Of a DNA stretch of 64,000 bases, positions 18,827 through 28,897 are shown piece after piece. Position numbers and translations under genes: made by a program. Every line of letters begins with the position of its first letter. Within the stretch, counting starts at the first letter, position 1. The notes under the pieces are model-generated. The model was given only the letters and a program-made list of their open reading frames with translations, was not told where the DNA came from and made no database searches. Source of the DNA: Candidatus Omnitrophota bacterium (GTDB lineage Bacteria > Omnitrophota > Gorgyraeia > Gygaellales > Profunditerraquicolaceae); the NCBI GenBank assembly GCA_016867115.1, contig VGKG01000001.1:29237-93236 (forward strand). Direction: 5' to 3'.

Positions 18827-19915
18827 CTACCTTATCTTAAGCGTCACTATCGTCATCAGGGCCAGGAGCCCGGCGATGATCCAGAACCTGACGATCACCT
18901 TATTCTCCTTCCAGTCAAGAAACTGAAAATGATGATGCAGGGGGGCGATCTTAAAAAGCCGCTTCTTGAAAAACTTAAAAGTTCCCACCTGCAGGATGAC
19001 TGAAAGGGCCTCCAGCACAAAGATTCCGCCTACTACCATAAGCAGGAGCTCTTTTTTGATCATCAAGGCTACGGTCCCGATTGCACCACCGAGGGCCAGA
19101 GACCCGACATCGCCCATAAACACGGAGGCCGGGTAACAATTAAACCATAGGAATCCGAGGCTGGCTCCGATGATGCTGGAGCAGAATACGGTCAGCTCTG
19201 CGCCTGACTTGATATAAGGAATAAGCAGGTATTCGCTAAAACGCATGTTTCCTGAGACATAAGAAAGTATGGCAAAGGCCACCGCCACCATCACCATGAT
19301 CCCGGCAGCCAGGCCGTCAAGGCCGTCAGTAAGGTTAACTGCGTTGGAAGACCCGGTGATGACCAGCATGACAAACACGATATAGAGGCCGTCAAGATTC
19401 ACGGAGACGTCTTTTAAAAAGGGAAAATCCAGCCTGATGCTGTTCTGCGGCTCAAGGTAGAGGATGGTCCCCAGGATCAGCCCCAGGACGATCTGGCTGG
19501 TCAATTTAGTAGTGGCGGCAAGGCCTTTGGCCTGCTTCTTTACCTGTTTCAGATAATCGTCGATAAACCCCGTGATCCCCAGCCAGAGGATGACGAACAG
19601 GCATACCAGGATATATTTGTTAAGTATATCCGCCCATAAAACAGTGGAAATGATTATCGCAGCCAGGATCAAAACTCCGCCCATAGTCGGTGTGCCTGCC
19701 TTACCGCTATGCAGTTCGTCCAGCCGCAGGCTATCCTGCTTATTGATCTTCTCTCCGATCTTCAATCTCTTTAGCTTCCTGATCACAAAGGGGCCGAAGA
19801 TCAGGCTCAATAAAAAGGCGGTCAGTGCCGCCATTGCCGAGCGGAAGGTGATATAACGGAAGAGGTTAAAAAAGGTGAAGGTATCGTGTAAAGGAAAAAG
19901 CAGGTAATAGAGCAT
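18827..19915 (-). CDS. mraY: Phospho-MurNAc-pentapeptide transferase
   Basis: TPTMGG, DDY, NLTDGLDGL, FMGDVGS, PLHHH. Confidence 0.97.
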   Translation of the reverse strand: MLYYLLFPLHDTFTFFNLFRYITFRSAMAALTAFLLSLIFGPFVIRKLKRLKIGEKINKQDSLRLDELHSGKAGTPTMGGVLILAAIIISTVLWADILNKYILVCLFVILWLGITGFIDDYLKQVKKQAKGLAATTKLTSQIVLGLILGTILYLEPQNSIRLDFPFLKDVSVNLDGLYIVFVMLVITGSSNAVNLTDGLDGLAAGIMVMVAVAFAILSYVSGNMRFSEYLLIPYIKSGAELTVFCSSIIGASLGFLWFNCYPASVFMGDVGSLALGGAIGTVALMIKKELLLMVVGGIFVLEALSVILQVGTFKFFKKRLFKIAPLHHHFQFLDWKENKVIVRFWIIAGLLALMTIVTLKIR

Positions 19916-21274
19916 TTAAGTCAGGATCTCCTCAAGTTTCATGGAACGCGAGCCCTTGACCAGCACCACATCATCCGCAGAGGGCGCTATTTTTTCAAAA
20001 AGGGCTTTACGCGCCTCAAGATTCGAGCTACAAAAATAAATTCTTCCTGAGTCAAAACCCAGGGCTTTCGCTTCTTCTGCCGCAAAGTGCGAGAGTTTCC
20101 CCACGGCGACAAATACGTCGCAGGATGAGGCCGCCAGCCTCCCAGCCTGGCGGTGAAAGTCTTCTGACCGGCCCCCTAATTCCAGCATGTCTCCCATTAC
20201 CAGGACCTTCCTGCCTTTAGAATCAAAATTGCGCAGGGCCTCAAGCGCCATGGCAAACGAGACAGGATTCGAATTATAAGTATCATTGATGAACTTGACG
20301 CGGTTCAGCTCTATCAGATTCAGGCGGCTCCGGGGGAACTTAAAAGTAGCCAGGCGCCGCGCAATCGTCCCGTAATCAAGCCCCAGGAGCCTGGCTGCGG
20401 CAACGGCTATCAGCGCATTATAAACATTATGCCGGCCGAGGGTATTCAGGCAAAATCCGTTCCTGCCGTTGACCGCGAACTCCAGGCCCCCTCCCTGCGG
20501 GCCAAAGAACCGGCCTTTGAAGTCGCATTTGTTTCTCACGCCGAAACTAAAGGTAAGGGGCCTTTTCTTTTGCGAAGAAATGATCTTCTCAAGCATCGCA
20601 TCATCTGCGTTTAAAAGCGAGATAAAAGGCGCTTCCAGGTACCTTAAAAGAGAACTCTTTTCTCGTAAGACCCCGGAGAGGTCCCTGAGAAACTCAAGAT
20701 GCGAATGGCCGATATTAGTGATAGCGCAGATGTTCGGCCGGCAGATCGAGGCAAGATATTCGATCTCGCCGAAATGGTTCGTGCCTGCCTCTAAAACACA
20801 GCAATCATAAGCGTCATCCAGTTTCAGCAACGTCTGGGGCAGGCCGATATGATTGTTCTTTGTGCCCTCATTCTTTAAAACTTTATACCTGGCGCTTAGT
20901 ACATGCGCAAGCATCTCCTTGGTAGTGGTCTTGCCGTTACTTCCGGTAATGGCGATCACTACGCCGGAGAACTTCTTTCTCCGGGCCCTTGCGATATCTC
21001 CCAGGGCCCTAGTCGTATCTCTTACCTGAAGGAATGCCGGCCCGCGCTTAGTCAACCCCTTAGGTATTGTCTCGGCAATGACGATACTGGCCCCTTTATC
21101 AATAACGTCTTTGATAAAATCGTGCCCGTCAAAGTTATCGCCTCTTAGCGCAATAAAAGCTTCGCCCGGACGGATCAGCCGGGAATCAGTAGAGATGCCC
21201 GTAGCCGAGGCGCGCTCATTCCCGCCTGCCGATTTTGCGGCCGCAGCCCCTATGAGTTCAGTTGTCTTATACAT
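19916..21274 (-). CDS. murF: UDP-MurNAc-tripeptide--D-Ala-D-Ala ligase
   Basis: GSNGKTTTKE, NDTYNSNP, GDMLELG, VKGSR. Confidence 0.95.
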   Translation of the reverse strand: MYKTTELIGAAAAKSAGGNERASATGISTDSRLIRPGEAFIALRGDNFDGHDFIKDVIDKGASIVIAETIPKGLTKRGPAFLQVRDTTRALGDIARARRKKFSGVVIAITGSNGKTTTKEMLAHVLSARYKVLKNEGTKNNHIGLPQTLLKLDDAYDCCVLEAGTNHFGEIEYLASICRPNICAITNIGHSHLEFLRDLSGVLREKSSLLRYLEAPFISLLNADDAMLEKIISSQKKRPLTFSFGVRNKCDFKGRFFGPQGGGLEFAVNGRNGFCLNTLGRHNVYNALIAVAAARLLGLDYGTIARRLATFKFPRSRLNLIELNRVKFINDTYNSNPVSFAMALEALRNFDSKGRKVLVMGDMLELGGRSEDFHRQAGRLAASSCDVFVAVGKLSHFAAEEAKALGFDSGRIYFCSSNLEARKALFEKIAPSADDVVLVKGSRSMKLEEILT

Positions 21275-22716
21275 TTACGGATGACTTCGCGGTCGTCAAA
21301 GGCGATCGTCTGCTCTTTAATGACCTGATAATTCTCATGCCCCTTTCCGGCAACCAGGATGATGTCTCCGGGCTTAGCCAGGGACAAAGATTCCCTGATC
21401 GCCAGCTCCCTCTCCGGGATCACGCAGTAGTTTGATTTTTTTATCCCACGCCTGATATCCGCGATGATCTCTTCCGGCTCTTCTGAGCGGGGATTGTCGC
21501 TGGTGATGATGGCATAATCCGAAAGCTGGGTCACTACCCTGCCCATCTTCGGACGCTTAGCCTTATCGCGTTCTCCGCCGCAGCCGAAGACCACGATCAG
21601 CCGGTTCTTGGAAAGCGGCCTGAGGGTACGGATGACATTATCCAGCGCATCTTCGGTGTGCGCGTAATCTACAAAGACCTCAAAGTCCCGGGGGATGTTC
21701 ACTTTTTCCAGCCTCCCCGGGACGGCTGAAAATTTCTCGATTGCCCGCTGAATATCCCTGATCCCGAATCCGGAGCGCAGGGCCCAGGCGAATGCCGCCA
21801 GGACATTTAAGACATTGTGCCTGCCGATAAGGTTTGTTTTCACTCTTATCGACTCGCCTAAGACAGAAATACTGAACTCCGTGTGCGCAATGTCGTAATT
21901 AATGCCCGAGGCGCGCACATCTGCCGGGCTGTCTATGGCATAAGTGACTACTTCCGCGGCGGTAAGAGAGCTTATCTTCCTTCCGTATCTGTCGTCGTTA
22001 TTGGTGACGGCAAATGCATCGGCCCTCAACCCCTCAAAAAGCCTGGCCTTGCTCTTAAAATAATTCGCTAAAGTCTTATGGTAATCCAGGTGATCCTGGG
22101 TAAGGTTGGTAAAGATAGCGGAATGAAAGGTTATCCCTTCTGTCCTTGCCTGGTCCAGGGCGTGCGAAGAGACTTCCATCGCCAGATAATCCGCCCCCCG
22201 GTTGCTCATATCGGCAAGCATCGCCTGCAGTTCCACCGGGCCGGGGGTGGTGTTTTTTGAGACGGCGGATTCGCCCCCGAAACGGTAGTTGATCGTGCCG
22301 ATCACAGCCGGCTGCCCGCCGCACTCTTTGATTATCGCCTCCAGGATATAGGTGAGCGTGGTCTTGCCGTTGGTGCCGGTGATACCGACGACCTTCACTT
22401 TTTGCGAAGGATAACCGTAGAACTTCGCCGCAAGCAGGCCAAGCGCAAGACGTGTATCGCTGACTCCGATAAAAGAGGCCCCCTTATGATCTCTGAACGG
22501 CCGGACGTGCGGACTATGCACGACCACCGCCTTTGCTCCCCTGGCGATCGCCTCGGCGATGAACTTATTGCCGTCCTGGCGGTTCCCTTTGATAGCCACA
22601 AAGACAAACCCCTTATCCACAGAGCGGGAATCACAGGTAACGCCCATGACTTCAAAATCCGGGATGCCTCTGGCCGTAGACTTACCTAATGTTTTAACGA
22701 GCTCTTTTATCTTCAT
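21250..22716 (-). CDS. murE: UDP-MurNAc-dipeptide--meso-DAP ligase
   Basis: GTNGKTT, TTP, EVSSH, DYAHT, DNPR (meso-DAP-type motif), AGKGHE. Confidence 0.95.
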   Translation of the reverse strand: MKIKELVKTLGKSTARGIPDFEVMGVTCDSRSVDKGFVFVAIKGNRQDGNKFIAEAIARGAKAVVVHSPHVRPFRDHKGASFIGVSDTRLALGLLAAKFYGYPSQKVKVVGITGTNGKTTLTYILEAIIKECGGQPAVIGTINYRFGGESAVSKNTTPGPVELQAMLADMSNRGADYLAMEVSSHALDQARTEGITFHSAIFTNLTQDHLDYHKTLANYFKSKARLFEGLRADAFAVTNNDDRYGRKISSLTAAEVVTYAIDSPADVRASGINYDIAHTEFSISVLGESIRVKTNLIGRHNVLNVLAAFAWALRSGFGIRDIQRAIEKFSAVPGRLEKVNIPRDFEVFVDYAHTEDALDNVIRTLRPLSKNRLIVVFGCGGERDKAKRPKMGRVVTQLSDYAIITSDNPRSEEPEEIIADIRRGIKKSNYCVIPERELAIRESLSLAKPGDIILVAGKGHENYQVIKEQTIAFDDREVIRKCIRQLNS

Positions 22717-24418
22717 TTAAAGCGACTCTTTCTGCCGTAGGGAGCTTTGCTTTAAGATAACGGATCGTATCGCCGGCTACGTTTTTAAAGACCGGGGCAG
22801 CCACCACTCCGCCGAAATAATAGGGACGGGGCTCATCCACGCAGACCACAATAGCCACCAGCGGCTCTTCCGCCGGAGCAAAACCTATGAATGAAGCGAC
22901 AAACTTGCTATGAGAGTAAGTGCCGTTAGGTTCCACTTTCTGCGCGGTGCCCGTCTTTCCCGCAGCGGTAAAGCCTTTGACCTTGGCTGATTTACCTGTC
23001 CCTTCTTCTATTACGCCGGTAAGGATCTTCCTGGCCCGGTCTGCGGTTTGAGCAGAGATGACCTTGCGCCCGGGTTCGGGGATAAACTCCCTGATCACCG
23101 TACCGTGTTTATCACGGATCTCCTGTACGATATAAGGCCTGACATATTCTCCGCCGTTGGCGATGGCCGAGACCGCACTGGCCAGCTGCATACTCGTCAC
23201 CCCTACTTCCTGTCCGATAGGGATAGCACCGATTGAGACCTTAGACCAGAAGCGCGGTTCTTTAGCCATGCCGGAGATCTCACCCGGCAGGTCCACGCCT
23301 GTCTTCTGGCCGAAGCCGAAGAGTTTTATGTAGTGATAGAGTGCATCCGGCCCCAGGATCTGCGCGACCTTGGTCGTGCCGATATTGCTCGACTCTTCGA
23401 TAACCTGCCGGAAAGTAAGCCAGCCGTGCGGCTGGTGATCGTGAAGGATGTGCGGCCCGACGCGGTAGGAGCCGTTCTCGCAAAAGAACCTGTCCTCCTC
23501 ACTTACCTTGTTCTCTTCAAGGGCGGCTGCGGCAGTGACTATTTTAAAGACCGAACCCGGCTCAAAAAGGTCGCAGACAGCGCGGTTACGGATCTCATCC
23601 TTTGTGGCACGGTTTGCGTGATTCGGATCAAAGGTAGGACGGTTAGCCAGGGCCAGGATCGCTCCGGTATAAGGATCCATGACGATAATCGTGGCTGCGC
23701 GGGCACGGTAAGTCTGATAGGCCTTATCCAACTCCCTCTCGGCGATGAACTGGATGACCTCATCAATGGTCAATACCAAATCAAGGCCGTCTTTGGGCAG
23801 GACCATCTTCTCCCAGAGGTCTAACTTCTTCTGGCGCGCATCGCGTAAATACACGGCCCAGCCCGGCTCTCCGCGCAGGTAGCGGTCATAATACATCTCA
23901 AGCCCTTCAAGCCCGGAATTATCCAGGCCGGCAAAACCGAGGACCTGGCTTTCCATGAAGCCGTTAGGATAAGAACGCCTGCTCTCCCTGATTAACCCCA
24001 GGCCTTTGAGTTTAAGCTTCTTTATCTGGTCTGCCTGCTGTGGAGTGACCTTGCGGGCGATCCAGATGAAAGATTTTTTCCGGGAAAGCCTGTCGCGCAC
24101 GTAGGCAGGATTTAAATCTAGAAGGGGCGAGACCTTAAGGATGATCGCTTCCTTCTCTTTATCGGAGAGTTCGTTTGGCGAGGCAAAAAGGGAATCCGCG
24201 GGCAGATTTATGGCCTGAGGCTTGAGGTTACAGTCAAAAATCGTGCCTCTTAAAGGCTCAAGCTCAACGAAGAGATTGTGTTGTTTTCGGGCGATCGTAG
24301 CAAGGTAGGCGGAACGGAAGAACTGGATGTAGAAAAGCCGGCCGATGCAAAGGAATAGAAAAGAAAGAAAAAAGAGGAATACCGCCTTGTTCCTGGCGCG
24401 ATAGTTGCTTATATACAC
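22694..24418 (-). CDS. ftsI: Class B penicillin-binding protein (PBP3)
   Basis: RG.I.D, EPGSVFK (SxxK), SSN, KTGT. Confidence 0.93.
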   Translation of the reverse strand: MYISNYRARNKAVFLFFLSFLFLCIGRLFYIQFFRSAYLATIARKQHNLFVELEPLRGTIFDCNLKPQAINLPADSLFASPNELSDKEKEAIILKVSPLLDLNPAYVRDRLSRKKSFIWIARKVTPQQADQIKKLKLKGLGLIRESRRSYPNGFMESQVLGFAGLDNSGLEGLEMYYDRYLRGEPGWAVYLRDARQKKLDLWEKMVLPKDGLDLVLTIDEVIQFIAERELDKAYQTYRARAATIIVMDPYTGAILALANRPTFDPNHANRATKDEIRNRAVCDLFEPGSVFKIVTAAAALEENKVSEEDRFFCENGSYRVGPHILHDHQPHGWLTFRQVIEESSNIGTTKVAQILGPDALYHYIKLFGFGQKTGVDLPGEISGMAKEPRFWSKVSIGAIPIGQEVGVTSMQLASAVSAIANGGEYVRPYIVQEIRDKHGTVIREFIPEPGRKVISAQTADRARKILTGVIEEGTGKSAKVKGFTAAGKTGTAQKVEPNGTYSHSKFVASFIGFAPAEEPLVAIVVCVDEPRPYYFGGVVAAPVFKNVAGDTIRYLKAKLPTAERVALNEDKRAR

Positions 24419-24463
24419 CGTGATTTGAGATTGACCTGAGCGCCCCTGAAAGAGGCGCGCAAA

Positions 24464-24832
24464 TTAAGGATTGATCGTTCTTGCCTCGGCCTGCCTCTTG
24501 ATACCGAAGAAGCGCGAAAAGAGCGTTTCCCGGAGAGCAGGGCCTTGCGCCAGCTTCAGGGAATTCCTGGCGGGCCTGACCCTGACCAACCGGTAAGTAT
24601 CGGGCATCTGGAATTCGGTAGAGCCTGAGATCCTGTTGCCGATCTCAACCAGGGAAGCCTTTCTTTGTATATTGTAACGCAGAACCGCGTTTTTATCAAG
24701 TAAATCATCGACAGAAGACTGCCTCTTCTGGCCCATGTAGGCCATGCGGAAGACCTCTGTCTGCTGGTAGACATAAAGGAGGCTGAAGCAGGTCACACAG
24801 CTGACTATGGCAAGAAAACGGGACACTCTCAT
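24464..24832 (-). CDS. FtsL-like bitopic protein
   Basis: Single TM helix plus short coiled coil, between rsmH and ftsI (called by position). Confidence 0.65.
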   Translation of the reverse strand: MRVSRFLAIVSCVTCFSLLYVYQQTEVFRMAYMGQKRQSSVDDLLDKNAVLRYNIQRKASLVEIGNRISGSTEFQMPDTYRLVRVRPARNSLKLAQGPALRETLFSRFFGIKRQAEARTINP

Positions 24833-25755
24833 ATCTTCTCCGCTGCCCTCAGTTTGGCGCTGCGGCTTAACGGGTTAGTCTCGACTTCCGCCTGCGAAGG
24901 CGTCTTGGGTTTCGGGGTGATGACCTCAATCGCTCCGCTTGCAGAAAGGCGCTTAAAAGTGTGCTTGGCGATACGGTCTTCAAGCGAATGAAAAGAGATC
25001 ACACAGATACGCCCGCCCCTATTCAGGAGACCGACCGCCTTTTCTATCGCCGGCTCCAGGATCTCCAGTTCCCGGTTGACCGCGATGCGCACCGCCTGAA
25101 AAGTGCGGGTCGCCGGATGTATTCGCTGATATTTATAACGGTAACGTCCGGGGATGGACCGTAATACTATATTCACCAGTTGCTGCGTAGTCGAGATCGG
25201 ATGCCTCTGTCTTTCTTCCACGATCAAGCGGGCAATACGCCTGTGCCATCTCTCTTCGCCGAAGTTCCACAGGAGTGCGGAGATCTCTTCTTCGTTAAGG
25301 TTATTAAGCAGGTCGTAAGCGGAAATGTAACTGTCTCTATCCATGCGCATGTCTAACGGCGCATCTACCTGAAAACTAAAACCCCGGCGCGGATCTGCGA
25401 GCTGAAAGCTTGAGATGCCCAGGTCAAACAGTATGCCGTCGACCCTATTGACCTTCAGTCTATTCAGTATCTCATCAAGCCGGGTGAAGTTCCCGTGCAC
25501 AAAATTACAGGAATCGCTGTACCTGATCAGCCTCATCCGTGCAGTCTCCAGCGACTCTTTATCCCGGTCAATAGCGATGGCGCGCCCTCCCGGCATGATA
25601 CGCTCCAGAATCGCCAGGGTATGCCCGCCTGTTCCGCAGGTGGCGTCGACTATGGTCTTCCCCGGCCCGAGATTCAGGCGGGTAATCACCTCTTCGAGCA
25701 TCACCGGGATATGATATTTATTTTCCACTTGCGTTCCGTCCAGCGTAGCGAGCAT
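24829..25755 (-). CDS. rsmH: 16S rRNA m4C1402 methyltransferase
   Basis: HIPVML, DAT.G.GGH, DLGISS, RGFSF, FHSLEDR, SRSAKLR. Confidence 0.96.
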   Translation of the reverse strand: MLATLDGTQVENKYHIPVMLEEVITRLNLGPGKTIVDATCGTGGHTLAILERIMPGGRAIAIDRDKESLETARMRLIRYSDSCNFVHGNFTRLDEILNRLKVNRVDGILFDLGISSFQLADPRRGFSFQVDAPLDMRMDRDSYISAYDLLNNLNEEEISALLWNFGEERWHRRIARLIVEERQRHPISTTQQLVNIVLRSIPGRYRYKYQRIHPATRTFQAVRIAVNRELEILEPAIEKAVGLLNRGGRICVISFHSLEDRIAKHTFKRLSASGAIEVITPKPKTPSQAEVETNPLSRSAKLRAAEKI

Positions 25756-25756
25756 T

Positions 25757-26194
25757 TTAAGCCTGCGTCAGATTTTCGGCAATCTCTTCGTAAGCCTGCC
25801 GGGAATTGCCGTAAAATTCCTGCCACTTATCCTTCGACCATATTTCGATTAGATTGGAGACGCCTACGATGCAGACGTCTTTTTTGATGCCCGCAAAATC
25901 CTTTAAGAACTGCGGGATGAGGATCCTGCCCTGCCTGTCCGGGACCACGTCGATGGCTCCGGAAAAAAAGATACGGTTGAAGGTGCGCGATTTCTTATCG
26001 GTAAAAGGCATGGCCTTGAACTTGGCCTCCTGCTTTTTCCATTCCTCTTCTGCGAACATATAGAGGCAGTTGTCCATGCCGCGGGTGACGAAAAACTTTT
26101 CGATGAAGTTTGCCTTTGAGGCTTCGCGAAATTTGGCAGGCAAGATTAGACGACCTTTACGGTCTATGGAATGTAAATATTCGCCATAGAACAT
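25757..26194 (-). CDS. mraZ: Transcriptional regulator MraZ
   Basis: Two DxKGR/DRQGR motifs, EIW; head of the dcw cluster. Confidence 0.96.
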   Translation of the reverse strand: MFYGEYLHSIDRKGRLILPAKFREASKANFIEKFFVTRGMDNCLYMFAEEEWKKQEAKFKAMPFTDKKSRTFNRIFFSGAIDVVPDRQGRILIPQFLKDFAGIKKDVCIVGVSNLIEIWSKDKWQEFYGNSRQAYEEIAENLTQA

Positions 26195-26212
26195 GGCTTA
26201 AGGACCCTCCTC

Positions 26213-26239
26213 CCACTTTCCTCCACTTTGTGCCACTTT
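26213..26239 (-). promoter_or_regulatory. MraZ operator: three AAAGTGG boxes at 10-bp period
   Basis: Plus-strand CCACTTT at 26213, 26223 and 26233, between the promoter and the mraZ SD; matches the known MraZ GTGG direct repeats. Confidence 0.85.
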
Positions 26240-26245
26240 GATGAG

Positions 26246-26274
26246 ATTTTAATAAAAAATCAGCCTTTTGTCAA
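26246..26274 (-). promoter_or_regulatory. dcw promoter
   Basis: TTGACA-17 nt-TAAAAT. Confidence 0.8.
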
Positions 26275-26374
26275 GAAAAATATTTTCCTAACTTACTGAA
26301 AAACAACAAGTAGTGGCTAATTATTCAGGGGGCGCAATATATGGGGGTATGTTTAAGGAGGGAAAAGGACTTTG

Positions 26375-27265
26375 TTAAACTGCTTTAATATCTTTGGCGA
26401 TCTGGCGGATAAGATTTGAAAGGGAAGAAAACTTTCTTTCTCCTCTTATCTTTTTAAGGAAACGGATTTCAAGGTCCCTGCCGTAAATTTTTCTGGCGAA
26501 ATCGAGGATATGTACTTCCACGTGGATATGTTTATATTTTCTTTTTCCGAGGGTGGGCCGGCTGCCGATGTAACAAACTCCTTTGTAAGTTCTATCGCCG
26601 AAAACTACCCTTACCGCATAGACGCCGCAGGGCGGGATGACTTCATGGTGCGGATTGATATTAGAGGTGGCGTATCCGAGCCACCTGCCTAAAGCATTCC
26701 CCCTGATCACTGTCCCCAGGATGCTCACCGGACGGCCGAGGAGCTTTTGCGCATCCTCAAGCCGGCCTTTCTTAATGAGCCTTCGGATATAAGTGCTGCT
26801 GATGGGTTTACCCGCGACTTTAAGGACAGAGAAACCTTTGACTTTAAAATCATGTACCCGGGAGAGCTTCTCTAGGGTCTTAAAGTCGCCTTTCGCATTC
26901 CTGCCGAAGCGGAAGTTCTTTCCGACGTAAACTGTATTTACCCCGATATGTCCAACCAGTATTTTTTTAATAAAATCTTCGGGCGTTATGCGGCCAAAAT
27001 CAGGAGTGAAGTTTATCACTATGCAGGCATCGACACTGAGCAATGCGATTAACCTCAGGCGATGCTCCAGAGAGTAAATCGCCTCTTCTTTCTGCGGATG
27101 CGGCCAAAAGGTCATGGCTATGCTCGTTCCGCCGATCTGCCGCGCCCTCCTGGCTGCAGCCTGCAGGATCTGCCTGTGGCCCAGATGTAGGCCGTCAAAA
27201 ACCCCGAGTGCTGCCACCGGATTTTTAAATTTTCTGAGCTGATTGATGCCGTGGAAAATGATCAT
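26375..27265 (-). CDS. ribF: Bifunctional riboflavin kinase/FAD synthetase
   Basis: GVFDGLHLGH, ISSTYIR, GRWLGY.T.N, GSRPT, EVH. Confidence 0.95.
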   Translation of the reverse strand: MIIFHGINQLRKFKNPVAALGVFDGLHLGHRQILQAAARRARQIGGTSIAMTFWPHPQKEEAIYSLEHRLRLIALLSVDACIVINFTPDFGRITPEDFIKKILVGHIGVNTVYVGKNFRFGRNAKGDFKTLEKLSRVHDFKVKGFSVLKVAGKPISSTYIRRLIKKGRLEDAQKLLGRPVSILGTVIRGNALGRWLGYATSNINPHHEVIPPCGVYAVRVVFGDRTYKGVCYIGSRPTLGKRKYKHIHVEVHILDFARKIYGRDLEIRFLKKIRGERKFSSLSNLIRQIAKDIKAV

Positions 27266-28234
27266 CTAGAGGCTTTCTTTGATCCTGGCGAGGATCTTCT
27301 TCCTTACGGTGTCAAGCTTTCCGCGGACTGTGGCCCCGCTTGCGGTGCGGTGGCCGCCTCCGCCGAAATGGGAAGCGATTCTATTCACGTCGACCTTACC
27401 CTGCGAGCGCAGGTTCACGCGAATCTCATCCTTCACCCCGAGGTTCTCTTTGAAAAGTGCGACCACCTCCACGCCCTTGACCGCCCGGGCAAAGCTTAAG
27501 ATGTGTTCGGTCAAGTCAAAGGAGAGTTTTCTGTTTTTAAGGAGGTCCTGCCGGATACTGCACCAGGCAAGCCTGCCCTTTGCCTCGAGCCGGATACAGG
27601 GAAGGATCTTGATCAGAAGCTGCATATCGCTAAAAGGAATATTCTCATAGACGCTCTTATAGATAAAGGGGATGTCCAGTTTGAACTTAAGGAGCTCTGC
27701 GGCGATGCGGTGGGTCGTGGCTGTGGCATTGGGATAACGGAATGATCCGGTATCCACCATGATCCCGGCATAAAGGCAGGTTGCAGCCTCCCTATCCAGG
27801 GGCACGCCTAATTTTTTATAAAGCTCAAAGATCATCTCGGCGCACGATGAGGCATGAGGCTTGACCCAGTTCACCTCTGCGAACTTTTCATTGCTGATGT
27901 GGTGGTCGATGTTCAGTACCGGTTTATTTTCCGAATTCAGGCGGTAGACCTCTCCGGTGCGCCGGAGATCCGAACAATCAAGCACGGTGAAGCAATCGAA
28001 TTTAAAACGCCGCGAATAACGGTTGAGCCTGGTCACCTTGTCCATGTCCGGAAAAAAATCATAGCCGAAAGGAAGCGGATCTTCGTTTATGATCAATCCG
28101 CTCTTGCCCATCTTCCTGACCAGGCGCAGGAATGCCAGTTCCGAACCCAGGGCATCCCCTTCAAGGTTGGTATGGGCGGTGATCAGAAAATTCTTATACT
28201 TTCTTACGGCTGCGGCGCACTTTTGTAGCGACAC
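27266..28234 (-). CDS. nrnA: DHH/DHHA1 nanoRNase/pAp phosphatase
   Basis: H...GD, IDHH, DTGSF, GGGGH; follows rbfA. Confidence 0.9.
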   Translation of the reverse strand: MSLQKCAAAVRKYKNFLITAHTNLEGDALGSELAFLRLVRKMGKSGLIINEDPLPFGYDFFPDMDKVTRLNRYSRRFKFDCFTVLDCSDLRRTGEVYRLNSENKPVLNIDHHISNEKFAEVNWVKPHASSCAEMIFELYKKLGVPLDREAATCLYAGIMVDTGSFRYPNATATTHRIAAELLKFKLDIPFIYKSVYENIPFSDMQLLIKILPCIRLEAKGRLAWCSIRQDLLKNRKLSFDLTEHILSFARAVKGVEVVALFKENLGVKDEIRVNLRSQGKVDVNRIASHFGGGGHRTASGATVRGKLDTVRKKILARIKESL

Positions 28235-28616
28235 TCTTTCTTCCCCTTTTTGTTTTTAGCGGAGGCGTTTTCTCCGCATCATCTTCCTTGATCTTATCCA
28301 GGACCTCCTGGATACGCACGCTGTATTCGCTGGAGTGGTCCTCATAGAAGATGATCTCCGGGGCAAAGCGCAGGTTTATCCGTTCGGCGATCAGCATGCG
28401 GATATAGCCTAAAGCCGAATCCAGGGCGTCTTTGGTCTTCTTGAAATCTTCGGGCTTACCCAGGACACTAAAGTAGATCTTGGCTATCCTCAGATCCGGC
28501 GCCATCTCCACCCGCGTGACCGTGACAAATCCCAGGCGCGGGTCCTTTAATTTATCGTGGATGATTAAACTTGCCTCCTGCCTGACCGCCTCAGCAACCT
28601 TGTCTATCCTTGACAT
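28194..28616 (-). CDS. rbfA: Ribosome-binding factor A
   Basis: KDPRLGFVTVT, DL..AK, LRFAPEI.F; basic tail overlaps the next gene. Confidence 0.94.
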   Translation of the reverse strand: MSRIDKVAEAVRQEASLIIHDKLKDPRLGFVTVTRVEMAPDLRIAKIYFSVLGKPEDFKKTKDALDSALGYIRMLIAERINLRFAPEIIFYEDHSSEYSVRIQEVLDKIKEDDAEKTPPLKTKRGRKSVATKVRRSRKKV

Positions 28617-28897
28617 TATAGCAGCTCCGTTTCATGGTTAATTAACTGCACCCTTGAGAAATCTTCCACAAAATCGATGACTTTTGACAGAGTGCTATCC
28701 ATGCTTCTCCTGTCCCGCTCTACGCCTACAATAGCAAAGGTGGCCTTCTGCCATTTGTCTTCATCTCCTATCTGGGCAAGCGCCACATTAAAATTATTGC
28801 GTAGTCTGGCCTTCAGGCTATGCAGGACGAACCTCTTTTCTTTCAACGAACTGCTCTCCGGGATGAAAAGTTCAAGTCTCAGTATGCCTATAGTCAT
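28616..28897 (-). CDS. DUF503 (YlxP-like) protein
   Basis: SLKEKR..L.S....L...FNV..A; typical neighbour of rbfA. Confidence 0.88.
   Translation of the reverse strand: MTIGILRLELFIPESSSLKEKRFVLHSLKARLRNNFNVALAQIGDEDKWQKATFAIVGVERDRRSMDSTLSKVIDFVEDFSRVQLINHETELL

Noticed and set aside
26213-26239. 10-bp periodic repeats as a novel element
   Set aside because: Explained by known MraZ binding boxes
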